A DNA stretch of 64,000 bases from Tubulanus polymorphus. Taxonomy: Eukaryota; Animalia; Nemertea. Each line of letters begins with the position of its first letter. Position 1 is the stretch's first letter. Under the pieces are notes generated by a model. The model was not told where the DNA came from and searched no databases. It was given only the letters and a program-made list of their open reading frames with translations. Shown here one piece after another: positions 40,101 to 54,532 of the stretch. Position numbers and translations under genes: made by a program. Location of the stretch: the NCBI RefSeq assembly GCF_964204645.1, contig NC_134026.1:29174150-29238149 (forward strand), read 5' to 3'.

Positions 40101-43100
40101 AATCCAGAAACACATTGAAAGCGACCCGTTTAATTGCCTTCAATCCATTCCATCCGGAAGGAGTAAATGTTAAATTCACTTGTACATCGCCTGATGAAAC
40201 CATTGCAACTTGCCAGGAGGCATCCATTTTCTTGTTTTTGTCTTCCTGAAATTAGAAGTTGATGGACCCGATGCAACATGCATAAGCGATAAAAGATACG
40301 GGACATAATTTGCCCAATCAATTACCTGGTTACTGTGAAATACAGTACAGTTTCTATACATCGGCCGTGACTTATCAACTTTGTAATGTATCACAGTGTC
40401 CAGACCAGGAATAGATAGTTTCGTATGAGAGCGCTCGGGTGTCCAATCCTTTACCAGTTTCATATCATGACCAAACCCTTTCTAAACAAAGATACAAAGT
40501 TTGTGAAATAAACGGTTGCAATTGGTCACAAATGCTCTGTATTTTCAACTCACCAGTTTGACGATATCGAGTATAATTTGTTCATACTCATGATCCAAAT
40601 ACAACGTCCTATTTGTTGTCAAATACGGATGCTTGAAATGTGCTTGTTTTGTCCACAGATTTCGATGCAAATTACCAGAATCTTGGATTTAGAAGAGAAG
40701 GCGCAATGTTGCTTTAAATTGCAGGTTTGATATCTAAAACCGCAAGAATCACTTTAAACAAACTCCATACCTCGATAATTGAAGTTGAGGAATTCAATAG
40801 GCGAAAATCCATCGCCAGTCACTTTAAACTGCATGCTGGAATCTGGATTCATAGATACTTCTACATTCACATTAGACCGATATAACGCACTGTCCAGGAA
40901 GTGAATGAAGTTGATTTTACGCGGATTTCTCTGAAGATCGACGAACGCGTACCAGCGTAGACGTTTCTTCTTATTGATGTTGTTGATAGTCATGTTGTAC
41001 ATGGCAAGCACGTCATTGTTCTTATTGATGATATCAGAATCAAGATGAAGTTCAGTCTCGAGATGAGAACTTGATATAGATAGATGCAGTGCGTGACTAG
41101 GAGTAAAAATAGATAAGAACAGATTTGACGACACCGATGTATTGTAGTCATCGCTCAATTTCTTCCGTCAAACCTGCATTCGGCTTACCTGTTTCTCAGG
41201 CTGTGTGCCTTTGTATCATTGACATATTGTCCATTAGACTTATAATAATGGTAGTATCCACCGTAAGGATAAGTGAACATAAGATCCCACGTATATGTCA
41301 GCGCCAATCTCTGATTTCTTCGCTTCAATTTCAAAGTGTTGTTACGGAATGAGAATGTGAGGCCGACTTCCCAAGAATTATCGTCAACTGGTGTCAATTC
41401 TTGATTTTCCATTATAGAATCCTAAGCCATACATAGTACATACTCAAGAGCTAACTTACGTAGATTTAACGATAGAATACAGAATCAAAGGGGCAAATTA
41501 TCAAATGTTAACGTACCTGCTCAACCGTAGATGTTATCCTGTTTGTAGTTTGAGTGTTGTTAATTTCTGAGCTGATGCGCTCTCCAAATTGTCGGATATG
41601 AGCATGGCTGTTATGACCTTAAAGGAAAAGTGAAATCTATTGCCAGTATTCCAAAATCCATGAGAAAAAACAGAACCTAAGATATTTCCTATATTGATAA
41701 TTCCTCTGAGGCTTGTGGTAAAAACTCACCCAAAAAGAATCCTTCAACATTGGATACAACACTTTGTCCAAACTGTCTCAGCCGATTAGCTCCCTTGGCA
41801 ACCTGACTTTTCAGATATCTTCTCATTCGGCGGAAATTACTTTTAATCGCTGGCAAAGATCGTCGTTTTCTTGCCGAAGTCTATAGAATTTAAGAAAGGT
41901 TTTATGTGGGCTGATAAACTAAATGGGTTGGGCACAAAATGCACATATAAACTAGACGTCCATGGACACATATACGAACCTGTGTTTTTCTTGTATAGAC
42001 AACAGAAAAATCAAGATCGACGTGAGTTTCAGATGAATTTCTGGTTGCATTAAACAACCATTGCCATGTAGGTCTACGTATCAATGCTGTGTATGTAATT
42101 TGAAACGTATCATTGTCAGTTGCCTTGTTTTTTGAACCACGAACAAGCATATTTTGCTGAAGAAGGGAAAATCGAGATGTTTATTCATTCACGAAAACAC
42201 GTTTTACAGTTTGTACTTAGAACCTACCTGGTGATTTCGTTGTAACCAGTTTATATCGAATTCAACACCATTTCTGATGACATCTCCAGATACTCGAATG
42301 TTTTGTCCTAAATAACAAAATGTTTCCTGAAAGTTTATAGATGTGCTGCACTTTCACTTATAAAGTTCAAAGATACTTACCAGGATATACAATGAATAAT
42401 GCAGCATGGTGAGAATCAGGCTGTCTATTTGGTTGACGTGGATTCTGTAGAATTATCTGAATGTATCCTTTACTTATATGACCAGTAGATGCTGCTTCTG
42501 TCGGACGAGGGTGTAAACTGTACATGAACGAATTTACATGCGGACTACAAACAAGAACAAGTTTATTCTTTTAGTATTTAAATGCATAGCCCCAAGAATG
42601 CTTCGTACAAATCGCAGGAAAAATTACCAGTAATATGATATATCCAATCTCGTATCAACGGACATTCCAATTTGATGTAGTGAGGAACCTTTCAAACTAA
42701 GTTTAGTATCCAGTAATGACATGTTAAGTGTGACATCGACCGGGAAAGTTAACAGTCGTTCAGCTAAAGGATGTAGATTCGAAGGTGGATGAAGTTTTTT
42801 CCTCTTAAAATAAAAACTCATTCATATAAATGGAAAAAGATCAAATCAAAAGATTGACGATAGGAAAATTAATCATTTTCTTAAGATACCTTGTAAACAA
42901 ATTCAAACAGTTTGTTGTTGGAGGCGTAGACATTGGTAACAAACGAATGTCCATACGTTTTCTGATCAGAGTTTGTATGAAATTTGCTGAAAATCATTAA
43001 CTGTTTGTACTCGGGAATATTCAATCGAATTTCATAATCTTTCTTTGTCGAACTCCAGGTTACAAACAAATTCACATTTCTCTGAAGAACAGACCCTGAA

Positions 43101-46100
43101 ATCATGAGATAAAATCCTGATAAAAACACCGATCAACATTGAACGTTGAAGCAATACGCTGTTGTACGGTTTTTACCTGGAGTGCTGAACTTGATGTCAA
43201 AATTCTGTAAACCATTCTTATTTTTCTTCCATAATCCACCGCTTTCTTTCTCATATTTGGCAAGAAATTGATAACTTTCAATACTATAAAACGATAAAGG
43301 GCAAAAAAGTAAACATGATTCAAGAAAAACGTGAGAAAAACAGTGTCGTTGTACTGACCTTTTCTCGGGTATGAATTGAACATTCATAGAAGATGGCGAC
43401 TTCATTAAATCTGCTATATTATGTGGTTTTGATGTGAAGGAGAACAGACTGCAAAACTTCATTCCAAAGATGTGGTAAGCGGATTGCGGTGTACAATGTG
43501 TCGATGGTTGTTGTAACTGGTTTACAGACACTGCTTGACCATTGTTTATCAGTTGCAATGTTGTCCTAAAATCCATGTAAAGTTATATCTTATTCGTAGT
43601 TAGCGCATGAATTTGGACATGATACAAGTTTAAACTCACCCAATATTTAGGATATCCTGCGAATGTTTCGGGTTGAGGATTTCCAATTTCCAATTTTTCA
43701 ATTCCATTTGGAAATTCGACTTGAAATCGAATGCCAATTGTGCTTTACTAAGTCTTTTAGCTCCAGAAACATGTAAATCTCTTATAGATATCAACATCTC
43801 GCTAATTCCAGACAATATTCCACTACAAAAATCAGAATCAAAATGAGAATAAGTAGATTTGAGCTCAACAAACACTAAGAACAGAGGAAACCGTTACAAT
43901 CAAAGGATTTACCTTGTTTTTAAATTCGCAGATCCAAATAAACCACGAGGTATTGAAAGAATAGGATTCACTCCATTTGCTTGAAAGTTGGCGTTGATAG
44001 CCATAATACCATAAATAGTATGTCTCCAGTTAATGGGGATTCCGAGAGGTGAAATAAATATCCCTGAATGATGGAGATGTTTAGTTGCTTTACTGAATGA
44101 ATAATCAGCACCATTTTCCAGTTTCTGTACAAGTGATCGAAGATTAAGTATTTTCTTGAAAATGTTTCCATCGCCCCGTAAATTTTCGATCTTTTCCTTC
44201 AGCCAATTCAAATCATTGAGTTGTCCATACATTATTTCTTCGCCTGAAATTGCAGAATTTTGTGAGAAAATACGTAGATTTGTGACAAGAAAAATACGAA
44301 ATATGTATGGTGAAAATGGACCTTACCCATTATTCTTATATAACAAGTTATATCCGCCTTGACTTCCCTGCTTACATCCTCGTCTATTTCAACCAGGTTA
44401 TCAACTATTTCATTGCGTAAATTCGAAAAGTTCGGATCGATTTTAGACGCGAAATTCTGCCTCGTTTTTAGTGGAAATCCGAATGTGTGCAGTAATTGTC
44501 TCAATTCAGGAAAACGATCGAGTATCGAATTCAACGTCGACTCCCATCCTGTAATTACAGCGATATTGTAAACAACCTTAAAACATGGAGAGAATAAGTC
44601 ATAATGAATATAAGATGATCAGTGAATTACAAACCTAACAAATTCACACCGAGCTGCGCAACATTCAAACGTCTTCCTTCTTTATCTATAGTTATATTTA
44701 GTGAAGTTGAACGCGGTATGAAACTCGCAGGATCATAGAGAATATCAGCATCGATCGATCCGCTGACTTCTGAGTGAAATATCGGTAATTTGATTGATTT
44801 TGTCCAGTGAATGTTGTGAGACAGTCGTCGACCTGACCAGTCAATCTCGGGTAAATATACGTCATCTTGTTTCATGCAACTTTCGATCAATTCCTTCAAC
44901 CTGTAATATTGATTATCCCCGAACAGATATCAACAGGTTTGTTCGCCCTAAGACCTAGTCACCAGCGCACCTTACCTGGGATTTGTATTAGATGATAGGA
45001 TATTATTCAAGTGAGAAGTAATGAAAGCTCGGACTTGCGAACTCTTCTCCAGTTTCAGCATTGATAATATTGGTTTTATATATTTCCGTTCCGTTTGTTT
45101 CATCAGTATCAAATATGACTCGATTCTCGAGTGATAATGTAATTTATAATCTACAACCATTTCCAATAACTGACTTAGATCAGACTGGGGTAAAACCATT
45201 TTACGCATTGCCTGCAAAATACGAATTAACAAAGTGTAAGATATTAGTCAGGAACCTGGCTGTGGTTTCATGATCGGATATCTTCACGAACCATAGGCCC
45301 ATCCGACTAAAAATGCTTACCACCAACGATTAGGTAACTAACTGATATAAACAACACTAAATTATTCTTTACGTTTTCTCCTGTTTAATTGAAGATTTAT
45401 CAAAATAATATTGGGCATCATTTGTATCAGTATGAAATGACCTATCTATATATCATGTTCAATCTTACATAATTTTTTTGCAATTTTAATGATTTTAGTA
45501 AATCAATACATTCAAGATATTCACAAGATTTTCTCACATTCGTATATCTATCTGGTGTTAATACAGACCTGTAATGCAGCTACAGATACGTTCAATGGAA
45601 CGTGGTCATTCCTGCTACATTTCATCAGTTTATTGACAGCAGAAGTGGAATATTGAGCTGCAATCCCCATATTACCAATACTCTGAAATATCCACACAAA
45701 TATCACATATCCTAGTAATGCCATATTTTCCTAATGCAATAACTGAATCGAATTTCATCCATACTTTTAATGCTATCAATGTACGTTGTTCTTTCTTAAC
45801 TCTTTCTTCGTGATTCACGGTTGAATGATAGCAATTCAATCCTAACACTGATGCCTGGTAGTTGACCACATTTAGTAAGTCTGCGTCCAGCTAATCAAAG
45901 AATAACATCATAAACGTCTCGATAGTTAGAAAAATTAGTTATCTCGTTTCAGAGAGATGTTGCTGTACAAACCGTTTGACTGTTGATGGTATTGTGATAT
46001 TTTGATATCAATGTTCCTAGTGACAGCCAGCAAGCTCTTGTATCGCGCATCTTACAGACCTCCTACAACATGAATGTTCACGTCAGAATGGAGTGAATAA

Positions 46101-48958
46101 TCCTTGTTCTCTTGAATTGGATGTTTCAAAAACTTACGAATGATTTCAAAACGATTTGTTTCGATATTTTTCTTCTGAAAGCCAAGTCGTATAAGAAGAA
46201 GTCAACTCTTGATCCGGTAATGTACCGATTGAAGACAACATTCAGATATGCATGGTTACAGTCAACCGTCTGACAGGAAACTAAAGCATCTATCAGATAG
46301 TTCTGTCTTTCGGTCTGAAATTTTGAAAATTTCCGTTGAAGATAAGTAATGTATGTACAAAATAAGCCTATAATGACTATCAATTAATTAAACAAAACCT
46401 TTTTACGCTTCGTGCATGCGGTACATGGCCATTTCTCCTGTAGATATCTCCACAACTCCTCCTTAGATAATTTTGTGAATTCAGTCACCAATTGATGCAG
46501 AATTTCGACGGTATTTTCGCTGATTTGGTCCTGTGAACTGGTTAGTAGTTTTTCTAATAATAGATCGATGTTTTCTCTATTCTCGGTATCAGTCTCTTGG
46601 TACTGAATGTTGGTTATCACGCGATTTGTTAAATCTCTATTCAGGTATGCGTTACTGTATGGAACGACAACTTGTAAATGTATTTCTTGCCTGAAATATT
46701 TCGATAAATATTTTCATACTATACGAACAACAGATATATCTATATTTGATTGGAGGAAATGAGAACGGTAATACCGAGTTTGAATGTTGATACCAGCGAC
46801 TCCTGAATTTAGACTACTTCCAGATACGATACTGTTACAGATTACAGACTTCAACTTTTGATCTTCGGTATTAAACGTGTATTGGCAACTATTGTTACTG
46901 TGTTCATTTTTAATCTAAAAAATAGAGATCGCAATTACGTTGATATTCATAGTTGTTGATTGATTGTCGGTACATCATTTAATGATATGAACTACCTGTA
47001 TTTCACTGTCATAGTTACATGACGTTAGGGCTGTAATTGTAGTGATAATCGTTGCATCATCTCGTAGTTCCCGACGTGATTTTATCTCACATACTCCGTA
47101 TACTGTACTCTGAAAATAATGTCATCTTGTTTCGATTGGAGTTATGAGCGAATCGGAATGTAAGAACACACGCAATATAAGTACGATTGTTTGTATTCTA
47201 CCTGTTTAAAGGCAGCAGGGTCAGGTTTACTGATGATATCTTGGGGTAGTTGTAACGTTGATAATATCCCACGTTTTATATTGAGGATATGAGATAACTC
47301 GCCCTCGTGTGCGACTATTGTGGTTATCATTCCTTCTTGCTGTTGGAAATGTAAATCGTATCTGAAATTTCACGGAATTCAATCGCAAATTAAAAAAAAG
47401 ATATTTGAGCATTGTATGTGTGTAATGATGAAAAAAGTTTTGATATATTTTTCTTGTACCTTGTTTTGCCTCGATTGTAAACATAAATTAACAATTAGTA
47501 CAAAAATGACTATTTTTGATAAATCATCAATTAATCGTTTGTCTTAGTTTATTTTTTCTCTGACACTAATCTAACCTAGAATATTACCACAGAAAACACA
47601 GTATTAATTTTTATTTCGTTTCAAACTCTGGCCCGTCGACCACTGACTGATCAGTCGCACAGGGAATGATCTCCATTCTAGTAAATAAGTAAAAAAAATA
47701 AACTACAGCCTAACGAATCACCGCGTGAAGATTTGATCGTTTGGACTTTGATATGCCAATCATAACACTCAGAACTTAATCTTTGAACGATTCTTCAAAT
47801 TGTGTTTTAATTCCAGTAAAAAGTAGTTGTTTTTTTAGAATTTGTTGATCACCGGCTACTACGCTGGTTTTTTGAGGATTTTCATATACCAACCGTTGCA
47901 TAAGAGAGTCAAATGTATCTGATTTTTCTGTTGGTTGATAATGCAACCCTCGTTTTTCTAGTAATTGACATTCTGAAGTCTGAAATACAATTAAATTACC
48001 TAAAAATGTATACGATTAATGAAACTAGAATGAAATAAAAAGATTCCCTTCCTTTAAACACATGGTAAGTTGTGTATTGAAAGTTCACTGTCATTCTGTC
48101 GCTTCACGAACAACAGCTATTAGGCTAAACAAAAATGATACCTTGTTTCTCCGCAGCGGCCGGGTCATTTTTGTAAAATATGATAAAATTTATAAACAGT
48201 TCATTTCTATAGCGGCCGGGTCTGTTATGGTGAAATTGATCACGATTTAAAAAAAGTAATGTATAGGGTAGATAGGCGGCCGGCCGGGTCAACATTTAAG
48301 CTCAGCAGAGCGGAGAAACAAGGTATCAATTTTTTTTAGCCTTATTATGGACATTTAAGCATTTACCCTTTTGAAGATGGATGGATCATTTTGATACATA
48401 CCACTAGTTTCATTTCACATGGTTGGATCGCTATCACTTGGATACTCGCACAGTGAACACGTAATGAAGATGTGTTTGCATTTTGCGAATCATGCCACGA
48501 ATTGATATCACCAGTATATTTATAATGGTAATGTTTTCCAGATTTATGAATATTTCCTAAAAACATTAATAAATCGTTTAGTATTGTTTGTTGCGTGAGT
48601 GTGAGTGTAAGATTTATCAGGACCAACGTAGTAAATTTCGATTATGTAATTCAGATAAATACTAACTGATATCATTGCATTGAGCTGGTCTTGTTAATTG
48701 CCTTCCAGTTCGCACAAACCATTCTATAAAGAGTTGTGATCAATTTAATTCGAAGGAAAAACGTTAAAACGCAATGAATATGAGTCAAATTTGAACTTCA
48801 GAAAGATTTTAATGAAAATATTATTTTCTTTAAAACAAAAATTCGCGTTGCTCCAGATAGATGACTTCACGGAAAATTGTTTAATCTCTATTCTTACCTG
48901 CGTGAATCGATGATAATAATACACATAAAATTGCGAAATTATAAACAATATAAGCCAT
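37106..48958 (-). CDS. Large lipid transfer protein (apolipophorin/apoB/vitellogenin superfamily), many exons
   Basis: Signal peptide MAYIVYNFAILCVLLSSIHA. LPD_N-domain motifs GKHYHYKYTG, LNIKRGILSTLQ, EKSSQVRAFITSHL and SFIPRSTSLN. VWD domain GHVYTFDG..CAYLLARDF..GLLGTNDNE, then C8-like cysteines and a VWA-like ADVVFVID segment. True last exon GDYAKTAQG...CRVCECY...CRWAKCDQ*, stop at 37106-37108. Confidence 0.88.
48123..48341 (+). mobile_element. PIF/Harbinger (Tourist-like) MITE, complete copy
   Basis: tta|ggctaaacaaaaatgataccttgtttctccgc ... gcggagaaacaaggtatcaattttttttagcc|tta, with ~32-bp TIRs and a TTA TSD. Confidence 0.88.
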
Positions 48959-49673
48959 TGCTCATTATGTGAGTGTATCCGCGAAGATATTGAAACATAT
49001 TAACCTCAGAACAAAAGTAAATATGATTATCAACACCTGCCAAAGTAAGATCTGATAAAATGACCGAAGACAAGAAAATAATCGCTCATTAGGTCAACAA
49101 AGCTCTTTCAAATGATAACCTTTTACAGTATGAGGGTTTCGAGACAAAAGTTTAGATTTTGGAAAGAAATTGGGAACGTACCTTAAAAACTCAATTTCCT
49201 TACAATACCGTACCGAGCTCTGTGGAAACATGAATTTATGACGCTCTATCGATTATCGATGGATTGGAATAGAGAAAGAATAGAGGGCAATGAGTAGAAT
49301 CAAAGAGTGAAGGCCTCACTCACGGATAATAAACATAAATTGGCTAACACCACGCTTGATTGCCGTCCCATCCACCCTGCCGGCCGACAGCCACGCGCGG
49401 CCCACGGCCTGCTTAGTTACGATTCACTGATTCTCTAGCACGGTATCATAGCGCAGCTCAACACGGGAGCATAGCGCAACTAGGTCAACGCCCAGACGCA
49501 CGTTAAGTTCGAGTCCCTGTTTATCATACAAATGTTATGTTTTACAACGAATCTTTTTTTATGAATCGTTTATTGCTACTGAAAGTTCTTTGAAGAATTT
49601 GAATGAACCGCCTTTGAAACATTGAAAGCAATAGTGCTGCCATCTATCGTGCACCGCAGATCCACGGCTCAAG

Positions 49674-52584
49674 ATGGCGGAGTTCGACCTCACCACGAAG
49701 ATTGCACAGTATTTAGATCGACATTTAGTCTTTCCTTTATTGGAATTTCTGTCTGTAAAAGAGGTAAATAGAAGGATTTCATCGATAAGATCATATATAT
49801 GTAAAGTTATGTGATATTTTAATTCCCCTATTAAGGGTTATTAGTGATAATATGTGCGCGTTCATCCACCGGCTCCACACCGTGACTCCCGGATAGTCTG
49901 AGTTTAATTCGTTAAGCTCTTAGGACCTAACCATCTAACGTTGCGGCCTAGAATTTTAGATACGAGGATGGTGTCATTTAAGTATAAATGGACTATTTAT
50001 AACTGGGATATTAATCTCGATTAATGTTCTTAGAACTTAGTGAAGGATGAATTTGGAAGATTTTGGATTGGCGGGCAAATCCATATGCCTCGATTTTTAT
50101 CAATGTATCTTGTAATTTCCAGCTATACAATGAAGATGAAATGCTTAAAGGAAAACTGGAGCTTCTTAGCAACACAAACATGGTTGATTTTGCCATGGAC
50201 GTGCATAAGAGTTTATACCCTGATCAAGAAGTCCCTAAAGGTAGAATACATGACAAACCTCTAATCATCTCATCTGTATACAGCGATAATTTAATGGTTG
50301 TTTGTTTTGTTTTATAAACAGGATTGAGAGATAAACGTGTAGATGTTGTGGAGGAATTAAAACAATTACAAGCTGCAGTTGATCCTATTACGAAAATATT
50401 TGAAGATCAAGAAGTCCTGCGACAAATTCAACAATCTAGGTAACTATTTCACTATCGAGCTAGTGCTAAGCTTTTTTACCCCCTATATTGAGCCTCAGGT
50501 GAAGCCTTCATCGGTATTATTTATTCTGAAATTTATTTCTGTTTTGTTGTTCGACAGGGATGGACGACAGCTATTCGAGTTTTTGGCCAAGAATCATGAT
50601 GTAAGTTTACTAACCGCGAGTGAAACACTGATTCATTAAGTCTTTTGAGTTGAAATCTTTGGTTTTGAGATGTTTCTTGTTTTCTATAGTTTCAGCATGA
50701 TATGTTAACAACTTTGTATAAATTTGCCAAGTTTCAATATGAATGCGGTAATTATTCTGGTGCTGCTGAATATCTCTACTTTGTTCGAGTTTTGGTAAGT
50801 TTTCCCTTGACCTATTGACAGTAATATCATAATTGATTGGACACTTGCAAAAACTATCATAAATTTGCCATCTCTCTATTTTCAGATCCCCAGCCACGAC
50901 AAAAATTTCCTGAATGTTCTATGGGGTAAATTGGCGTCGGAGATTTTGATGCAGAACTGGGATGCAGCTTTAGAGGATTTAAACAGATTGAAAGATATCA
51001 TCGAGGCTAATGTAATAATTATTGAATGAAGCTCATAAGTCTTCACACTACGTTATTAAGAACATTCTAAATTTAGTCCGTTTTGATTTATTTAATAAAT
51101 CAAAATCTGTTAGTAATAATTACTAACAGCTGATTTAAAAATGTGTAAATGGCTAGTAAGAATGGACTAACTAGCGATAGTGTGAATGTGTCTAAAGTAT
51201 TAGAGAATTAAACTGATTTTCATGTTGTTGTTTTTGTTTTAGACGTTTGGTTCATCGCTACAGTTATTGCAGCAGAGAACTTGGTTTATTCACTGGAGTT
51301 TATTCGTATTTTTCAATCATCCTCGTGGACGTGATCTTATCATTGATCTGTTTCTCTATCAGCCGCAGTAAGTAACTGAAGTTCCTATTTCTATTTTCTC
51401 GTAAATGTTTCGAGATCGGCTTTCCAATCAACCCTGGAATTTTGTTTTTCAGATATTTGAACGCTATCCAGACTTTATGTCCCCATATTCTGCGTTATCT
51501 GACCACAGCCGTTATCACTAACAAGAGACGAAGAACTGTTCTAAAAGATTTAGTCAAAGTTATTCAACAGGTAAATACAGGACCATTGAAAAAATTGCCC
51601 ACTACTCCCTGTGTAAATTATGCTTAAACTACTGCATTATACACAAGTCAATAGCATATAACAAACTGATGTCACACGCGCAAGACCTCTTTATATCAAT
51701 GTTATATTTCAGGAATCATACACGTATCGCGACCCTATTACTGAATTCTTGGAATGTTTATACGTTAACTTTGATTTTGACGGAGCTCAACAGAAATTGA
51801 GAGAATGTGAAACGGTATGAATTTTACTGAGCCGTGGAAATTTTAATCCTATTTCTTACTTTAGTCATCATTACCGAGTATTTTGATGTATATTTTTCAG
51901 GTTTTGACCAATGATTTTTTCCTGGTAGCCTGTTTAGATGATTTCATCGAAAATGCTCGCTTGTTTATATTTGAGACATTCTGTAGAATTCATAATTGTA
52001 TCAGTATCAGGTAATTCTCATTCCGTATTCGATCATCGATTCTCAGAATTTCGAGCTATTACTAAGAATAGCGTTTTATTTATATTTATTAGTATGTTAG
52101 CGGAAAAACTGAATATGACCCCGGAAGATGCAGAACGATGGATCGTAAATCTGATACGTAATGCAAGATTAGACGCTAAAATCGATTCTAAACTAGTAAG
52201 TAATATAGAAGACTCCGTACAAGTAAACTGCTTTATTCATTGAATTTTTCTCTGCTTCTCAACTCTGGTCTTTGGTACATCAATTATATACTGAGTTTCG
52301 AATCGTATTTGTATTAAACCGCGTGATTGCCTTTCAGGGTCATGTTGTAATGGGAACTCAAGCAGTGTCGCCGTACCAGCAGGTCATCGAGAAAACGAAA
52401 GGTTTATCGTTTCGTTCGCAAATGTTGTGTATGAACATTGAAAAACGTCTAGGAGTAAAAAGTCAAGAAAATGTAAGTATGCAGATCATGCCTTATTTTG
52501 CAAAATTCCATTTACCTAAGATATTGGTAGTTGAGCATTATCATTTAATTCCAGTTGAACCAGTGGGGAGGACCAGAGTTCTAA
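49674..52584 (+). CDS. EIF3E: Eukaryotic translation initiation factor 3 subunit E (Int6)
   Basis: [77 protein letters not shown] and [22 protein letters not shown]. Last exon 52555-52584 LNQWGGPEF*. Confidence 0.97.
51073..51170. repeat. Nested palindromes in an EIF3E intron
   Basis: Perfect arms at 51081-51105 (12 bp) and 51107-51129 (11 bp), enclosed by ttagtcc...ggactaa. Confidence 0.7.
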
Positions 52585-54532
52585 CATTCGCCGCTGATTT
52601 ATCGTCGTTTATCAAACTTCAGTGACAGTCAACAACCGTCGAAGCCGTGGTCAAATATTACTCTATAATCACTGAGACTCAAATACATGTGATGAAAATA
52701 AATATTAGAATAAAATTCATAAAATTCTATCGATGGAAATCAATCTTGTGCATCGTTTGTAGAAAGGCTTGAGCAATTTTCAGCACGGTGTTGGAGCAGT
52801 AGCAGTTTTTGCCTCGGATCTCACAGGACCAAATATTTCAAATGCTAGGACAAAGATTTTTCAGATACTTGGAAGTCAAAAAGTAGCACATTTAACACTT
52901 GACATTTTAGTGAAAAGAAAACACAAATCGGGGCCTTAACGGTTTTTCCAAAAAGTAGCACTTTGTAGACTTGCTGCAACAAACCGTGTTGTAATTTTGT
53001 TTTCTTTGTCTATTGTGCCTCATCAATCTATCTATTGGTTAGTTCTAAGGACGATGACTATCGTACCTGCAAATACCATTCAAAATATACGAACAAAAAT
53101 CTGATTGAATTTGTTTTATTTCTTAACCACACATTGACAGACGTACAACTACTATTTCGGCTATATTGAGTAATTATTCCCAATGGAAAGTACATGAACT
53201 CCCTGGAGTATTATTCAGTGTTTAATGCTCTACATTATATTGAAATTGGATTATAAAGAAAGCCAGCTAAAAAAATAATCCATTACAGAGACTGTACTAC
53301 AGGCAAGGCTACTAAATGGACATGCAATCCATATATGCCGATGTACACGTGTATTAGCACAATTAATGAAAAAAATAAAGCACCTCATTTTAGAACCTAA
53401 TTTCAAGAAAAACATTGTAAAATGCGTTTCATACGGATAAAATACTTCAGTATCATTTCAAAGGAATGTAAAATTGGAACAACCATGAGATTACTCGCTA
53501 ATACAAACAGTTCTATTCAAATGGGTACTAAACGTAATCTTTTGATCTACACCACAGTATATCAAATATCCAAATTGTTCTTTGGCATAAATCATTCAAT
53601 CCCCAGAATTTAATGTAGTTATTTACCACAATAATCTAACTGAACCGTAACCAGTTCCAGTAATACTTACATGTATTGTACATCTATTACTGGTAGTACA
53701 CATTTTGTACTGACTAGATACTACACGTATCGGACAACAGCAAATACCTAAAATATTGTGCTTTTTTAGCAAGTACCTAATAAGCTTACCCTACATATAA
53801 ACCAAGCATACACCCACATACACCATTCAATGTGGAGTTAGTTTAACCTGTTATCAAAACAGTTCTTTCGTATTCCCGTATCAATAAAACTATTCTTAAA
53901 TTAAAAAATTAGCCTAGTAAAAACAGTTCAGTATGAACTGATCCTTGTTTAAATATGCTTGTATTGATGAGAATCGAAATATTTCAGGGCAGTAGCTACG
54001 GTAGTTAAGTCAGCAGCGTTGAGATATAAGAAAGGCTTGTTGCATCATTCATATTATAACACTTAATCAACAACATTAATTTAACTTAAAACAAGTGACT
54101 TGAACGAATGAAAGAATTTCATGTTACAGTTAAAAACAATTGATATGTAACAAAGAGAAATGAGGAAATTTCGAAAATATAATTGAAAATGAGTAATAGA
54201 TTTCATCAATTAACTCGTTACTAAATTATTGGTTTCTTAATGCGCAGTATTGCTTACAATCATAATACCATGGGCTCAAAAATGCAAAATGGTCTTCATG
54301 ATTATTTTCATTACCCGTGAAATGCTATAATGGGTAACGGGAATTGCTATAATGACATTCAGTTACTGTATTTTACATGGATCTTAAAAGTGAAGCACCA
54401 GTTTGAGAAAAAGTTCTTTTGATTTACTGCATGCAATGCCCAACAACAGATAACAAAGGAAAAATCACCGTATTAAGAGTTTAGAATAAGAAGATCAATG
54501 ATAATAGTGTATCAGTGTATCTAGATACAGTT

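Noticed and set aside
49840-49902. Candidate snoRNA in EIF3E intron 1 (gtgataa...ctga)
   Set aside because: Imperfect C box and no identifiable rRNA or snRNA guide.
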